From: Methanococcus voltae PS
GTDB taxonomy: Archaea > AGJL01 > Methanococci > Methanococcales > Methanococcaceae
Direction of reading: 5' to 3'
Assembly (NCBI RefSeq): GCF_024807035.1
Contig: NZ_JANUCQ010000001.1
Span: 285,990 to 309,989, forward strand
DNA: 24,000 nt
Shown here: positions 1 through 9,738 of the stretch, one piece after another
Position numbering within the stretch: the stretch's first letter is position 1
Layout of the letters: every line of letters starts with the position of its first letter
Notes under the pieces: generated by a model
Told to the model about the DNA's origin: nothing
Seen by the model: the letters and a program-made list of their open reading frames with translations, nothing else
The model's database searches: none
Made by a program: the position numbers and the translations under genes

Positions 1-1163
1 AAATCAAAAGAGCCAAAAATGAAGCTAAAAAGAAATACCCTAACGTTGAATTAATTGACATGGGCGTAGGAGAGCCGGACGAAATGGCAGACGCAAAAGT
101 AATCGAAACTCTTTATGAAGAAGCAAAAAAACCAGAAAACAGAGGATACTCCGACAACGGTACTCAAGCTTTAAAAGACGAAATTCCAGCGTACATGGAA
201 AAAGTATTCGGCGTAACTGGAATAAACCCTGAAACTGAAGTAATTCATTCAATTGGTTCAAAACCAGCTTTAGCTTACATTACATCAGTATTTATTAATC
301 CAGGAGATGTTACATTGATGACTACCCCAGGTTACCCCGTAACAGCAACTCATACAAAATGGTACGGTGGGGAAGTTTACAACTTAGAATTAAAAGAAGA
401 AAATGGATTTTTACCTGACTTAAAAAGCATACCCGAAGATATAAAGCAAAAAGCTAAGATTTTATACATAAACTACCCAAATAACCCAACAGGTGCGCAA
501 GCAACAGTTGAATTCTACAAAGAAGCAATTGAATTTGCAAAGGAAAATAATATTTTGATAGTACAGGATGCAGCATACGCAGCATTAACATACGGTGAAA
601 AACCACTATCATTTTTATCCGTAGAAGGAGCTAAGGACGTGGGTGTGGAAATACACAGTTTTTCAAAAGCTTACAATATGACCGGATGGAGATTAGCCTT
701 TGTAGTAGGTAACGAATTAATCGTAAGAGGTTTTGCAGCTGTTAAAGATAATTACGACAGCGGTCAATTCATACCTATTCAAAAAGCAGGTATTTACTGT
801 TTAAGACATCCGGAAATTACCGAAGCTACAAGAGCAAAATACGAAAGAAGATTACAAAAAATGGTAAATATGTTAAAAGAATTAGGTTTTAACGCACAAA
901 TGCCAGGTGGAACCTTCTACCTCTACGTAAAAGCTCCAGTAGGAACAAAAGACGGTGCAAAATTTGAAAACGCAGAAGAGTTTTCACAATACCTCATTAA
1001 AGAAAAATTAATCTCAACAGTACCTTGGGATGACGTCGGAAGTTACATAAGAATGGCAGCTTGCTTTGACGCGTTCGAAGACGGCAAACTTTCCGAAACA
1101 AAAGAAGATGAAATTTTAAACGAAGTAAAAAGAAGATTATCTGACGTTGAATTCGTATTCTAA
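1..1163 (+). CDS. dapL: Class I PLP-dependent aminotransferase, LL-diaminopimelate aminotransferase (DapL) type; 5' end lies outside the window
   Basis: The reading frame is open from base 3 (IKRAKNEAKKKYPNVELIDMGVGEPD...), so the ATG at 60 is internal. Motifs seen are NYPNNPTG, the PLP-lysine motif SFSKAYNMTGWRLAF, and DSGQFIPIQKAG, typical of DapL-type enzymes described in methanococci. The family call is firm; the DapL specificity is inferred. Confidence 0.75.
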   Translation, partial: IKRAKNEAKKKYPNVELIDMGVGEPDEMADAKVIETLYEEAKKPENRGYSDNGTQALKDEIPAYMEKVFGVTGINPETEVIHSIGSKPALAYITSVFINPGDVTLMTTPGYPVTATHTKWYGGEVYNLELKEENGFLPDLKSIPEDIKQKAKILYINYPNNPTGAQATVEFYKEAIEFAKENNILIVQDAAYAALTYGEKPLSFLSVEGAKDVGVEIHSFSKAYNMTGWRLAFVVGNELIVRGFAAVKDNYDSGQFIPIQKAGIYCLRHPEITEATRAKYERRLQKMVNMLKELGFNAQMPGGTFYLYVKAPVGTKDGAKFENAEEFSQYLIKEKLISTVPWDDVGSYIRMAACFDAFEDGKLSETKEDEILNEVKRRLSDVEFVF

Positions 1164-1222
1164 TTAAAAATAGGATTAAATTAAACTTAAATTACTATTA
1201 AATTAAGAATAAAATAAAAATA

Positions 1223-1252
1223 TTTTATTTTTTATTTTTAAATTATTTTTTT
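1223..1252 (+). terminator. Oligo-T terminator region downstream of the aminotransferase gene
   Basis: Runs of T6, T5 and T7 lie within 30 nt, about 60-90 nt after the stop codon. Archaeal RNA polymerase terminates at oligo-T. The A-runs just upstream (1208-1222) could serve the convergent minus-strand gene. Confidence 0.45.
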
Positions 1253-1267
1253 ATAATATTATCAATA

Positions 1268-2593
1268 TTATTCAATAATTGTTTTTCCCTGGAATTTTAA
1301 CGCTGGAGATATTAATTTACCTCTTTGTTCCACATTATCCAATGGAGTTGCCTCTTTTAATATTTCGAAAATGTTTCCAGAAAGCATACCTTTTTTAACT
1401 GGTATTTTATCCCCTTTATCTACAATGTAGCTATTGCTAATTTCCACGGAAAAGTCTCCCGTAATTGGGTTTGAAGTATGTGTACCTATCAGTGAGTTAA
1501 CATAAAGGTATTTTTCTAATTCTTCAATCTTTTCAACTGGATTAATTATAATATTTGAACTTGAAATACCTGGTAAACTTGAATATCCTCTTGAAGCGTT
1601 ACTTGTGGTTTTAACATACTCATTTTCATCTTCTTTAGATTCATTTTCGATATTTGCTCTTTTAATATCGTATAAGTAGCTTTTTAATACTCCATTTTCT
1701 ACCAATGCGGTTCTTTCACTTGGGCTACCTTCATCATCGGTTTTTGAGGAATAAAGTGCATTATCAAGCGTACTATCATCATAAATAAATATATCTTCGC
1801 CAAATATTTGCTCTCCGATTTTTCCTGCTAACATTGACCTATTTCTCTGTACACTTTCGGAATTAAATGCGGGGATTAAAGTATATGATAATAAAGAGTA
1901 TAAAGCTCGAGGACTAAGAACAATGTTTCCTTCAAAGCTTTCTTTAATTGATTTGGTATTTTTAAGAATATTGATTACATAATCTGAAATAACATCTACA
2001 TTAAATACGTTATTTTTAGTTATATATTCATAAGCAGTTTCTCCCTCTTTTATTCCTGAAATAGATGCAGAATAATAAGTACCTTCTTCTTCCACATCTA
2101 CACCATTAGTGTTAACAAGTCTACTGTATCCATAGCCTGTGGAGACTCCCCCGCCCACTGAAGTAATGTCATTTTTTTCTAACTCTTCAGCCATATAAAA
2201 TACATCTTCGAGGATTTTAGATTGGTTAAATTCTTTTAATTCTTTAAAGAATGTTCCTTTAGGGCTTTTGTATTTTTGAGGGACTGGTAATTCTGTATAG
2301 TTATCACTTACAAGATTTGCCATAGCATTGTATATAATCTCTGGATTTTCTACGGTACTATATGCAAGACCTACTTTACCGTCTTTTATAACACGTACGC
2401 CTATACCGAAACTATTTGAAGTTTCTACATTGTCCAAGTGTTTGCCTTCTAATTCTGCACTGAAGTCGTCATCTTTAGATATGTAAATATCAGCTTCATA
2501 TCCTTCTTTTTCAGCAATATTTATGATTTTATCAATAGTATTGTCTAAATTATCAAATTTTTTACAAAAGTTTATATTATCGAGCTTTTCCAT
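1268..2593 (-). CDS. TldD/PmbA family metallopeptidase
   Basis: The 441-446 aa ORF has family-typical segments GYGYSRLVNTNG and SRGYSSLPGISSSNIII, plus the C-terminal IGTHTSNPITGDFSVE. I prefer the ATG at 2593 (MEKLDN...) because GGGTG lies 6-9 nt upstream. The ORF is open to 2608. Confidence 0.85.
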   Translation of the reverse strand: MEKLDNINFCKKFDNLDNTIDKIINIAEKEGYEADIYISKDDDFSAELEGKHLDNVETSNSFGIGVRVIKDGKVGLAYSTVENPEIIYNAMANLVSDNYTELPVPQKYKSPKGTFFKELKEFNQSKILEDVFYMAEELEKNDITSVGGGVSTGYGYSRLVNTNGVDVEEEGTYYSASISGIKEGETAYEYITKNNVFNVDVISDYVINILKNTKSIKESFEGNIVLSPRALYSLLSYTLIPAFNSESVQRNRSMLAGKIGEQIFGEDIFIYDDSTLDNALYSSKTDDEGSPSERTALVENGVLKSYLYDIKRANIENESKEDENEYVKTTSNASRGYSSLPGISSSNIIINPVEKIEELEKYLYVNSLIGTHTSNPITGDFSVEISNSYIVDKGDKIPVKKGMLSGNIFEILKEATPLDNVEQRGKLISPALKFQGKTIIE

Positions 2594-2774
2594 AATCGCA
2601 CCCATCAATTTAAAATATATCTTAAATATCTTTATTCATAATATATATGATTTTATTTTTGAATTATAATGTCATAAAATAGTGTTATCCCGAATATAAT
2701 AAATACTTATATATTTTATTACAAATTATATTGATTATATTATTGATGATACATCAATCATATATAACTCATAC

Positions 2775-2821
2775 ATTAATTATAAATTAATTATAAATTA
2801 ATTATAAATTAATTATAAATT
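2775..2821. repeat. Tandem repeat (ATTAATTATAA) x4 plus 3 nt, period 11
   Basis: Four perfect 11-bp copies, counted base by base, lie in the divergent tldD-like / secF intergenic region. Confidence 0.95.
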
Positions 2822-2967
2822 TGTACCTATATTATGGTTGATTTACTAAGCTATAGTGAATTATATTTAAAAATCATTAATACCCATTGAAATTTATTCA
2901 TATATATTTAAATAATATATATCTCAATTATCACTTATCAGAATTTTTAAAATTCGGAGGGTGCATT

Positions 2968-3813
2968 ATGTACAAGAATTATAAAGTATTAACGGTTATT
3001 CCGGTAATTTTAGCACTCTTATCAGTCGTTTTCGTTTCAGTAAATGGTTTAAATCAGAGCATTGACGTTAGCGGGGGTACTGAAATAACTGTAATCGTAC
3101 CTAATAACTTTGACTATAGTTCATTAGAAAAACAATATCCTGATGTAGATTTTAAGATATCAACGTCTTCTTCTGCCCAATATTTGGATGTAAAAGCAGG
3201 AACAAATGTTGACATAGATGGATTGAGAAATTCACTGGCAACAGCATTAAATACGGATGATTTATCAAAATTACAATATACTGAAAAGCAAATCGGTTCT
3301 ACTTTAAGTAGTAACTTTTGGAGCCAAGGTTTCCAAGCAGTAGGATTTGCATTTTTATTTATGGCAATTGTTGTTTATGCAATATTTAGAACTCCAGTAC
3401 CAAGTTTCGCGGTTATTTTGGCAGCAGCGTCTGACATTGTAATTGCAGTTGGCGGTATGAGTTTATTTGGAATACCTATTTCAACATCAACAATAGCAGC
3501 ATTATTAATGTTAATTGGTTACAGTGTCGATACGGACATTATGTTAACAACAAGAGTTTTAAAGAGAAAATCAGATACTCTCGAAAATAGAATTAATCAA
3601 TCAATGAAAACAGGAATGACAATGTCTATAACCACAATTGTGGCAATGGCGGTTTTATACCTTGTAGTTTCATACATAGTTCCTGCAGCTGAAATGTTAA
3701 AAGATATTTCAATAGTTTTATTAATTGGTTTAATTGCGGATTTAATGTTAACTTGGGTAACAAACGTAGGAATATTGAGATATTACGTTACAGAACTTAA
3801 AAAATCTAAATAA
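2968..3813 (+). CDS. secF: Protein-export membrane protein SecF
   Basis: The N-terminal TM helix is followed by a periplasmic-type loop and then multiple TM helices. The SecD/F signature LMLIGYSVDTDIMLTTRV is present. The start is placed at ATG 2968, preceded by GGAGGGTG. The track ORF start at 2887 lies in AT-rich, promoter-like sequence. Confidence 0.85.
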   Translation: MYKNYKVLTVIPVILALLSVVFVSVNGLNQSIDVSGGTEITVIVPNNFDYSSLEKQYPDVDFKISTSSSAQYLDVKAGTNVDIDGLRNSLATALNTDDLSKLQYTEKQIGSTLSSNFWSQGFQAVGFAFLFMAIVVYAIFRTPVPSFAVILAAASDIVIAVGGMSLFGIPISTSTIAALLMLIGYSVDTDIMLTTRVLKRKSDTLENRINQSMKTGMTMSITTIVAMAVLYLVVSYIVPAAEMLKDISIVLLIGLIADLMLTWVTNVGILRYYVTELKKSK

Positions 3814-3904
3814 TTAAGTTAACTAGATTAATTAGGTTATAAAGTTGAAATAAAATCAATGAACATGCTATAATATAAAATAGTATATGAATAATACAAT
3901 ACCA

Positions 3905-3931
3905 AAATTAATTAAATTAATTAAATTAATT
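3905..3931. repeat. Tandem repeat (AAATTAATT) x3, period 9
   Basis: Three perfect 9-bp copies lie in the 148-nt secF-secD spacer. Confidence 0.95.
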
Positions 3932-3961
3932 ATGCTTTAGTTAATTTAATTGAGGGATATT

Positions 3962-5131
3962 ATGAAATTACTAAAAGATAAAAAGGTTTTATTCCTATTG
4001 GTGTGTGTTGTAGCTTCTATATTAGCAATTGTATTCAATGGAATATCTTTTGGTGTAGATTTAAGTGGTGGGTCTACAATAGTACTACAAACGGAAAAAC
4101 CAGTTACGGAACAGGAAATGGGCGTCATTACCGAAATTTTAACAAGTAGGTTAAATACAAATGGTTTAAGTGATGTGAATGTTTATTCGAGGGGTAGTGA
4201 AGAAATAGCGATTGAAATACCCGAAAGTGCTGATTTAGAGCGTATTAAGAAAGTTATAGCTCAACAAGGGGTATTTTACGCTACAATAGATAATGTAACT
4301 GCTTACACTGGTAAAGATGTTGAATATGTTGAAGAACCGGCTTTAACTGCAGCAGGCTATGGTGTAAGTTTTAAATTATCAGCAACGGGTGCAGATAATT
4401 TTGCAAACGTTTCCTATGGAAAAGGTGGTTATAAAGTAAACCTTTACCTCGATGAAATTTTAATAAGTGACCCGGTACTTTCACCGGATTTAGCAGACGG
4501 AAAACCACACCCTAGCCAGGTAATAACTGTAGCAGGTAGTAATCCTACAAAGGATGACGAAGACCAAGCTTGGGCAATTTATACAGCTTTAAAATCTGGT
4601 TCATTACCTGTAAAAGTTAATATCGCGTACATTAATTCAATTTCTCCTACATTGGGTGAAGAATTCATAAAAAGTTCAATAATAGCAGGTATCATTGCTT
4701 TCTTAGCTGTGGCAACTGTAATTGGTATCAGATATAAAACTCCTAAGATAGTTCTTCCTATATTGATAACTGGAGCTTCTGAAGTACTCCTTATTTTAGG
4801 TTTCGCTTCAATAATAGGTTGGAAATTAGATTTAGCAGCTATTGCGGGTATCATTGCCACTTTGGGTACAAGTGTTGACCACCAAATCGTGATAACTGAT
4901 GAAACCTTAGCGGGTGAATCTAAAAAAGTTAAAAGAAGCATTCAAAGAGCATTCTTTATTATATTTGGTGCAGCAGCAACCACGATTGCGGCAATGTCCC
5001 CATTATTCTTAATGAGTATTGGTATGTTAAAAGGATTTGCGATAACAACAATAGCAGGTGTTTTATTCGGGGTATTCATCTCAAGACCTGCATTTGCAAG
5101 AATAATAAGAGAATTATTGAGAAAATATTAA
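3962..5131 (+). CDS. secD: Protein-export membrane protein SecD
   Basis: An N-terminal TM helix is followed by a large extracytoplasmic domain and a C-terminal 5-TM bundle with LGTSVDHQIVITDE. The start is ATG 3962, preceded by GAGGGA. The track start at 3950 is a TTG inside that RBS. Confidence 0.85.
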   Translation: MKLLKDKKVLFLLVCVVASILAIVFNGISFGVDLSGGSTIVLQTEKPVTEQEMGVITEILTSRLNTNGLSDVNVYSRGSEEIAIEIPESADLERIKKVIAQQGVFYATIDNVTAYTGKDVEYVEEPALTAAGYGVSFKLSATGADNFANVSYGKGGYKVNLYLDEILISDPVLSPDLADGKPHPSQVITVAGSNPTKDDEDQAWAIYTALKSGSLPVKVNIAYINSISPTLGEEFIKSSIIAGIIAFLAVATVIGIRYKTPKIVLPILITGASEVLLILGFASIIGWKLDLAAIAGIIATLGTSVDHQIVITDETLAGESKKVKRSIQRAFFIIFGAAATTIAAMSPLFLMSIGMLKGFAITTIAGVLFGVFISRPAFARIIRELLRKY

Positions 5132-5143
5132 TTAATTACTTAC

Positions 5144-5161
5144 TTTCTTTTTTTATTTTTT
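5144..5161 (+). terminator. Oligo-T terminator after secD
   Basis: The sequence TTTCTTTTTTTATTTTTT begins 13 nt after the secD stop. Confidence 0.45.
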
Positions 5162-5457
5162 AAAACAACAATTATTTTAAATGTCTATTAAGTTTTTCAG
5201 ATTTCTATGTACTATTTTGTATTACTATTCTTCAAATACTTCGTATTATCCAATTATAAAAACAAATTATATATATTATAAAAAATATCTTTTAAAAGTA
5301 GAGAAGAATTAGTTTTTAAATATAACATATATAATTTAAATAAATTAAATATTTATTATACGTTATTCAATTTTAACTAAGTCTAATTTGATTAGATGAT
5401 TAATTATGATTAGATTGATGGGATTATAATAGTTTAACTTTAAATTAAGGGGAAAAA

Positions 5458-6546
5458 ATGAATTCAAAAGGTTCAGAATCCAGGTCTAAAAGCTTAAATG
5501 TCCGAAAATGGGTAAAAAACATTATATTTTACGGCTTAGGTTTCGCAATAATGGCATACATATTTAATTGGATAGGTCTTGAGGACATATATCAAGTTTT
5601 GTTAAAGACAAACTTCCAAATATTTGGGTTATCTATTATAGTTTATGCTCTTGCAATCGTAATGTTGATTCTAAGATGGCAATATTTGCTAAAATTAAAA
5701 GGATATTCTGCAAAATACCTGGATTTACTTAATTTAGTGTTAATGGGACAGTTTATAAATAATATTACCCCATCTATGAAAGGCGGAGGAGAACCTTTTA
5801 GGGCGTATTATCTCTCAAAACTAGGGAATATTCCTTACCATATTTCATTTTCAACAGTTATGATTGAAAGATTATTGGATAGTGTAGTATTTTTGACCCT
5901 TTCCTTTATAATCATATTATATTTCATAGTAAATGGCTTATCGGAGCAGTATACATTAATGTTCATAATGGCTTGGATAATAGTAATGACACTAACTGGA
6001 ACGATATTATATGTAGCTATGCACAAACAATTGGCGTACAAAATTGTAAAATTTGGTGCAAAAATATTTAGGAAATTTTCTAAGAAAAGAGTATCCGATA
6101 GTAGATTATGCGAGGGCGTAGATGAATTCCAAAAAACCTTACTTTTTTTTAAAACAAAAAAGAAAGGGATTGCAATTGCAACATTTTATTCATTTATGTG
6201 GTGGTCTCTCGATATTTTCAAGATATATATATTCTTTATAGCAATTGGTTCAATAGCTCCATTATTTGCAGTTTCTTCAACATATTTGGTTTCATTATTG
6301 GTTGGAATTGTTCCTGCATTGCCGGGCGGTTTGGGTACTTCGGATACTGTAATGATTGCAATGTACGTATTCTTTAAAATAGCCCCATCTAGTGCGGCAA
6401 CAATAACTTTATTGGATAGGGTAGTTTCTTATGTATTGGTGTCCATATTTGGTGCCATATCATTCCACTTAATTAAAACAAAATCCCATAAATTAAAGGA
6501 ATTAAGAAATAATCAAAAAGAAAGAGAAGAAGAATTAAATAATTAA
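5458..6546 (+). CDS. UPF0104 / lysylphosphatidylglycerol-synthase-TM-like (flippase-like) integral membrane protein
   Basis: The 362 aa protein has about 8 predicted TM helices, the family-typical loop PSMKGGGEPFRAYYL, a second glycine-rich loop PALPGGLGTSD, and a charged C-terminal tail. The RBS is GGGGA. Confidence 0.7.
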   Translation: MNSKGSESRSKSLNVRKWVKNIIFYGLGFAIMAYIFNWIGLEDIYQVLLKTNFQIFGLSIIVYALAIVMLILRWQYLLKLKGYSAKYLDLLNLVLMGQFINNITPSMKGGGEPFRAYYLSKLGNIPYHISFSTVMIERLLDSVVFLTLSFIIILYFIVNGLSEQYTLMFIMAWIIVMTLTGTILYVAMHKQLAYKIVKFGAKIFRKFSKKRVSDSRLCEGVDEFQKTLLFFKTKKKGIAIATFYSFMWWSLDIFKIYIFFIAIGSIAPLFAVSSTYLVSLLVGIVPALPGGLGTSDTVMIAMYVFFKIAPSSAATITLLDRVVSYVLVSIFGAISFHLIKTKSHKLKELRNNQKEREEELNN

Positions 6547-6630
6547 ATGTAAAATAAACTAAAATAAATCAAATTTTTATATTATTTCAGATTTATGTAT
6601 TTTACAGTATTTTATATTATGGTGAATATT

Positions 6631-7050
6631 ATGATGTTAAATGTTAAAATTGGAAAAGTAGTAAGGTCGTTAGATGCGTTCAAAGGTTCAAAACCTGTTG
6701 TAAATAAAGAAGAAATGATAGCTGTTAGAAGTATTTGCCGAGATTTGGAGTTTAACGATTATAAAAGCATTAAAGAATATTTAGAAGCTAAAATAAAACA
6801 AAATGGATACGAATTAATGAACGAAGGGGATAAAATTGGGATGGTAAACAGAATAAATGAAATAATGGGTGAAGAAGGACTATTCCCTGACGAAATGGGT
6901 TTTGATGCTTTAAAAGCTTCTTTTGAAAATATTGGATGCAAATGTGATTATGCACTTGGTAAAAAAGACGATTTAATGCTTGGCATAAGCATGTGGTATA
7001 ATGAAGAAGACGAACAACATAAATTTGTAGAAGTTATGGTGTTGTACTAA
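6631..7050 (+). CDS. Small soluble hypothetical protein (139 aa), conserved-archaeal type, function unknown
   Basis: A clean ORF with GGTGA 5 nt before ATG 6631. The track start at 6595 would add a hydrophobic, AT-encoded extension. Codon usage resembles the neighbouring genes. I recognise no catalytic motif. Confidence 0.6.
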   Translation: MMLNVKIGKVVRSLDAFKGSKPVVNKEEMIAVRSICRDLEFNDYKSIKEYLEAKIKQNGYELMNEGDKIGMVNRINEIMGEEGLFPDEMGFDALKASFENIGCKCDYALGKKDDLMLGISMWYNEEDEQHKFVEVMVLY

Positions 7051-7135
7051 TTTAAAAATACATATAAATTAATCCATAAAATATTTTAAAATTAAAAAAG
7101 AATTTTATTTTTATTATTTATTTATTTTTTAACTA

Positions 7136-7690
7136 TTAATCTTTTAATTCATTAACTTTAACTAAAGGAATGAATCTAACGTTATTTTCTTTCATTAATT
7201 CGTCTGCACCATCTAATCTATCTACAATTACAAAAACAGCTTTAACGTTAGCATTAGCCTCTTTAAGTTCTTCAACAGCTTTTAATACGCTTCCACCAGT
7301 CGTAGTTACGTCTTCCATAACGATTACGTTATCGTTAGGGTTTAATTCGCCTTCTATTTTATTTTTAGTTCCATAACTCTTAGCTTTTTTTCTAACAATT
7401 AATAAATCTTTTTCAAGTTCCAAAGAAACAGCTGTAGCTATTGATACAGAGCCAAGTTCAACACCTGCAACTTTTAAATTTTCATATTCTCCATTTTCTT
7501 TAAATTCTTCGCATAATTTAGCAGTTAATTTTGCTACAGCCTTTAAAACTTTTGGATTAGTGGTAGCTTTTTTAATATCTACATAATAGTCGCTTTTTTT
7601 ACCTGAAGCCAATGTAAATTCTCCAAATTTTACGCAGTTAACTTCTTTAAGTAAATTAATTAAATTTGCTTTTAAATCGTTGGAATTCAT
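7136..7690 (-). CDS. pyrE: Orotate phosphoribosyltransferase
   Basis: The N-terminal FGEFTLASGKKSDYYVD and the PRPP-binding loop VIVMEDVTTTGGS are present, and the 184 aa length fits. GGTGAA lies 3 nt before the ATG. Confidence 0.9.
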   Translation of the reverse strand: MNSNDLKANLINLLKEVNCVKFGEFTLASGKKSDYYVDIKKATTNPKVLKAVAKLTAKLCEEFKENGEYENLKVAGVELGSVSIATAVSLELEKDLLIVRKKAKSYGTKNKIEGELNPNDNVIVMEDVTTTGGSVLKAVEELKEANANVKAVFVIVDRLDGADELMKENNVRFIPLVKVNELKD

Positions 7691-7740
7691 AATTTCACCG
7701 TGTTTATATTTTATTATTTTCTCTATTTTACTACTTTATA

Positions 7741-7764
7741 ATTTTTACATTTTTACATTTTTAT
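7741..7764. repeat. Tandem repeat (ATTTTTAC) x3, third copy with 1 mismatch, period 8
   Basis: Read directly; the repeat lies just upstream of pyrE in the 528-nt divergent spacer. Confidence 0.85.
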
Positions 7765-8218
7765 ATTATTTTTATACGCTCAATACATTCTTCTAAAAGT
7801 ATACAATTCTAATATTTAATAATATTTGATTTATTTAATTTTGATTAAGGATTAAAAAAACAATAAGTAATTTATATTTTGAACGAAAGATACTAAACTG
7901 TGTACATTATTTAAGGTACATCACTATAAAAATTTTAATTAATATTTATCAATGGTAGACCAAACCAAATGACAAAATATATTAATTATAAAACTTTTAT
8001 CAATATTTATATAATAATCACACTTAAAATTATTATTCTATAAAATTACAATAACTTTTAAAGATAATATAACTATTCGTAACTATATTGTATATTGTAA
8101 TTACTCAAAGGTGTGCGTAATATATTCTTAAAATTTGAAATATAATTTGAAATATATTAACAAATATCTAATTGCGAAAATTTAAATAACAATTTAATTT
8201 ACTAAACGTGGTGATTTA

Positions 8219-9556
8219 ATGAATTTACCAAAATATATGGCAGTTTTAGTATTGGCCATAATGGTAATGGCTCCAATATCAATGGGTTATTCACTAAATA
8301 GCCCTTTAATTGTGGTTAACAAGGATAAGGTAGATGCAGATTATGCAAATATGCTTTTAGACAGTTACTATTCAAAAAGAGAACTTTCAGTTACTGACGA
8401 TAAAAAGCTAAAAGTTTTAGAAACTTTAATTTATTTCGTACCTGCTATTGACGAATTTGAATTAACAGACAATACCGAAAGACTTGAAGTTTCATTCAAG
8501 AGAGAAGGTTCAAATGTAATATATAAAGATGTAGAATACAAAGAAACCCTTGAGTCAGATGACATCGGAGATGAAGTTTCATTCATGGGTAGTAGCTACA
8601 CAGTTTTAGAATCTGATAGAGATAAAATAGTTTTAGGTAACTTAATAGAAGATACGTCATGTTCAGATTCGTTTACCGTAGACGATATTACCGTTAAATT
8701 ATTGGCATTCTCCAAAGGCGAACTCATGGTTGACGTTTTAAGAAACGGTAAAAGAGTTGATAACTTTAAATTATTCCAAGATGACGTTCGTAAAGTAAAA
8801 GGGGAAGAAATTGCTTTAAAATATGATGACCTATTAGAAGCAGATGATAAAAAAGTATTCTTTTTCAACGTGTATAGGTCATATGAATTTGTAAAAGGCG
8901 ATGATTTAGAAGGCTATGACGATGTAAGAGTTGATATCGATGGTAAAACTATCGAATTAGAACATAGAAACGCAGACGAATTGCCTAAAAATTTCAACTT
9001 CCTGAATTACAATATTGAACTCGCAGACGTTGGTTCAAATACAAGTGAAACATTCTTTAAAATAGTTAAAAATGCCGATTACACCATAGACCTGGAAGAA
9101 GGTTCAAGAAGCTTCGGTAACAACGTATTTGCCGTTAAAATTGAAAATGACAAGGAAGATGACTGGGATGACCAGATATTCCTTTACAAAAATAATAAAT
9201 TACAAGAAAAAGTTGTAGACTTCCAAGGTTCGGTTAATATAATCGACCAGGATGAATTATTGATGTCAAGTGCTGATTTAATTCTCGTAGGTGGTCCTGT
9301 AGCTAACCAAGCAACAGCAAAAATACAAAATGGATTGATTTTCAAGGTTTCAAATGAGAACCCTGGTGAAAATAAAGGTATCATTCAAAAAGTGACAAAT
9401 CCATTCAATAAAAATAGTGAAATCTTAGTTCTTGCAGGTTCCGATAAATTAGGTACTAAAGCATGCGTTCTTGCAATGAAAAAAGGATTATACAACGGTG
9501 AATCTACAATGACCGTTGAATATGTGAACGATAACACTGTAAAAGTTTTAAACTAA
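8219..9556 (+). CDS. Secreted acidic cell-surface protein, S-layer-related (putative)
   Basis: A signal-peptide-like N terminus (MNLPKYMAVLVLAIMVMAPISMG) is followed by a very D/E-rich body with no other TM segment. The C-terminal block ADLILVGGPVANQAT...ILVLAGSDKLGTKA resembles blocks found in methanococcal S-layer family proteins. The RBS is GGTGAT. Confidence 0.5.
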   Translation: MNLPKYMAVLVLAIMVMAPISMGYSLNSPLIVVNKDKVDADYANMLLDSYYSKRELSVTDDKKLKVLETLIYFVPAIDEFELTDNTERLEVSFKREGSNVIYKDVEYKETLESDDIGDEVSFMGSSYTVLESDRDKIVLGNLIEDTSCSDSFTVDDITVKLLAFSKGELMVDVLRNGKRVDNFKLFQDDVRKVKGEEIALKYDDLLEADDKKVFFFNVYRSYEFVKGDDLEGYDDVRVDIDGKTIELEHRNADELPKNFNFLNYNIELADVGSNTSETFFKIVKNADYTIDLEEGSRSFGNNVFAVKIENDKEDDWDDQIFLYKNNKLQEKVVDFQGSVNIIDQDELLMSSADLILVGGPVANQATAKIQNGLIFKVSNENPGENKGIIQKVTNPFNKNSEILVLAGSDKLGTKACVLAMKKGLYNGESTMTVEYVNDNTVKVLN

Positions 9557-9649
9557 GTTATAAAATAAGTTTTAAACTTTAATATTCTTTTTTTAATTTT
9601 TTTAATTTTATTTTTACTAAAATAGTATATGATTAAATCAACTATACAT

Positions 9650-9685
9650 TTTTATATTATCTTTTATATTATCTTTTATATTATT
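9650..9685. repeat. Tandem repeat (TTTTATATTATC) x3, last base of copy 3 differs, period 12
   Basis: Counted base by base, upstream of the 9739 gene. Confidence 0.95.
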
Positions 9686-9738
9686 TTTAGTAGTTATTTA
9701 TTAAAATTATTTGATTAGAGATTGGAAATGGTGAAATT

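Noticed and set aside
2742-2758. 17-bp palindrome ATTGATG-ATA-CATCAAT in the tldD-like/secF divergent spacer
   Set aside because: It is real as a sequence feature, but it is short, single-copy and lies in a region of overlapping ATTGAT direct repeats. There is not enough evidence to call it a regulatory site, so it is left as a note only.
2887-6630. Longer N-terminal extensions offered by the track for secF (2887), secD (TTG 3950) and the 6595 ORF
   Set aside because: The extensions are encoded by promoter-like AT-rich DNA and lack an RBS. The downstream ATGs at 2968, 3962 and 6631 each have GGAGG/GAGGGA/GGTGA motifs at canonical spacing and give sensible N termini.
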